The notes beneath the pieces were generated by a model, which was given only the letters and a program-made list of their open reading frames with translations, made no database searches and was not told the origin of the DNA. A stretch of 20,379 nucleotides of DNA from the IMG/VR virus record IMGVR_UViG_2706794690_000015; one strand, 5' to 3'. The position numbers and the translations under genes were made by a program. The stretch is from a virus. Lineage: Duplodnaviria > Heunggongvirae > Uroviricota > Caudoviricetes. Positions 19,336-20,379 of this stretch are shown here, piece after piece. Positions within the stretch are counted from its first letter, which is position 1, and each line of letters starts with the position of its first letter.

Positions 19336-19551
19336 ATGAAATCCATGGACAAAATTTCAACAGGCATTGCCTACGGCACCTCCGCAGGCAGTGCTGGCTA
19401 CTGGTTTTTACAGTTGCTCGATAGAGTAACTCCGTCACAGTGGGCTGCAATCGGTGTGCTGGGTAGTCTGGTATTTGGCCTGCTGACGTACCTGACAAAC
19501 CTTTATTTCAAGATTAAAGAAGATAAGCGCAAGGCTGCGAGAGGTGAATAA
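19336..19551 (+). CDS. Class II holin (phage 21 S-like pinholin), 71 aa from MKSMDK
   Basis: GGAGGTGAGG RBS; dual-start M-K-S-M; two TM segments. Track ORF starts at 19279. Confidence 0.8.
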   Translation: MKSMDKISTGIAYGTSAGSAGYWFLQLLDRVTPSQWAAIGVLGSLVFGLLTYLTNLYFKIKEDKRKAARGE

Positions 19552-19717
19552 TGCCTCCATCATTACGAAAAGTCGTTGCTGCTGCTATTGGTGGCGGAGC
19601 AATTGCTATAGCATCAGTGTTAATCACTGGCCCAAGTGGTAACGATGGTCTGGAAGGTGTCAGCTACATACCATACAAAGATATTGTTGGTGTATGGACT
19701 GTATGTCACGGGCATAC
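19551..19717 (+). CDS. Endolysin, SAR (signal-anchor-release) lysozyme type; N-terminal part only, truncated by N run
   Basis: ATG overlaps holin stop (TAATG). N-terminus [55 protein letters not shown] is the Gly/Ala-rich SAR domain typical of phage 21 R. Confidence 0.7.
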
Positions 19718-19955
19718 NNNNNNNNNNNNNNNNNNNNNNNNNNNNNNNNNNNNNNNNNNNNNNNNNNNNNNNNNNNNNNNNNNNNNNNNNNNNNNNNNNN
19801 NNNNNNNNNNNNNNNNNNNNNNNNNNNNNNNNNNNNNNNNNNNNNNNNNNNNNNNNNNNNNNNNNNNNNNNNNNNNNNNNNNNNNNNNNNNNNNNNNNNN
19901 NNNNNNNNNNNNNNNNNNNNNNNNNNNNNNNNNNNNNNNNNNNNNNNNNNNNNNN
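19718..19955. other. Run of 238 N (gap or masked sequence) covering endolysin C-terminus and Rz start
   Basis: Literal n characters; too short to hold the expected remainder of the endolysin plus the Rz start, so probably not length-preserving. Confidence 1.
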
Positions 19956-20379
19956 CATCATCGTCTGCCTGTCATGGGCTGTTAATCATTACCGTGATAA
20001 CGCCATTACCTACAAAGCCCAGCGCGACAAAAATGCCAGAGAACTGAAGCTGGCGAACGCGGCAATTACTGACATGCAGATGCGTCAGCGTGATGTTGCT
20101 GCGCTCGATGCAAAATACACGAAGGAGTTAGCTGATGCGAAAGCTGAAAATGATGCTCTGCGTGATGATGTTGCCGCTGGTCGTCGTCGGTTGCACATCA
20201 AAGCAGTCTGTCAGTCAGTGCGTGAAGCCACCACCGCCTCCGGCGTGGATAATGCAGCCTCCCCCCGACTGGCAGACACCGCTGAACGGGATTATTTCAC
20301 CCTCCGGGAACGACTGGTAATGATGCAGGCCCAACTTGAAGGTGCTCAGCAATACATAACCGAGCAGTGTTTAAAGTAA
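19956..20379 (+). CDS. Rz i-spanin; 5-prime end lost in the N run
   Basis: Post-gap TM segment then coiled-coil-like [66 protein letters not shown]; ends with TAA at the window end. Confidence 0.75.
20135..20320 (+). CDS. Rz1 o-spanin lipoprotein, embedded in Rz in the +1 frame, 61 aa
   Basis: GAAGGAG RBS; [20 protein letters not shown] lipobox; proline-rich mature part ([15 protein letters not shown]). Confidence 0.8.
   Translation: MRKLKMMLCVMMLPLVVVGCTSKQSVSQCVKPPPPPAWIMQPPPDWQTPLNGIISPSGNDW

Noticed and set aside
19620-20047. Track ORFs 19620..19961 (minus) and 19694..20047 (plus) spanning the second N run
   Set aside because: Artefacts of translating N; the real genes here are the endolysin (5-prime part) and Rz (3-prime part).
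1-20379. Looked for CRISPR repeats, tRNA T-loop signatures (GTTCGAATC-like), rRNA and IS terminal inverted repeats
   Set aside because: None seen by eye; a tRNAscan-SE/Infernal run over 15128-15636 and 17066-18109 would be decisive.

Overview
This window reads as the left arm of a lambdoid, Rac-type prophage of Escherichia coli, running from the integrase stop codon through the lysis cassette. All calls rest on reading the supplied ORF translations and the sequence by eye plus recall of protein families; no searches or computations were run. Order: integrase and excisionase-like gene (minus strand), small early genes, recT/recE, racC/ydaE/kilR, sieB, ydaF/ydaG and a racR-like repressor divergent from ydaS/ydaT, replication genes (ydaU, DnaC-like ydaV), a full-length ydaW-like gene, an AT-rich two-gene cargo island (11.9-13.9 kb), a convergent YeaR-like gene, nin-region genes, a Q-like antiterminator, two paralogous TolA-domain-III-like lipoprotein genes in the late-operon moron position, then holin, endolysin and Rz/Rz1. 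The strongest candidate for an undescribed system is the cargo pair: one protein carries a HEPN-like R-x4-H motif, its partner a GNAT-like R-R-R-G motif. The second is the TolA-III-like lipoprotein pair. Two runs of N (14958-15127, 19718-19955) hide sequence, truncate the endolysin and Rz, and make any ORF crossing them an artefact. No rRNA, tRNA or CRISPR array was recognised.
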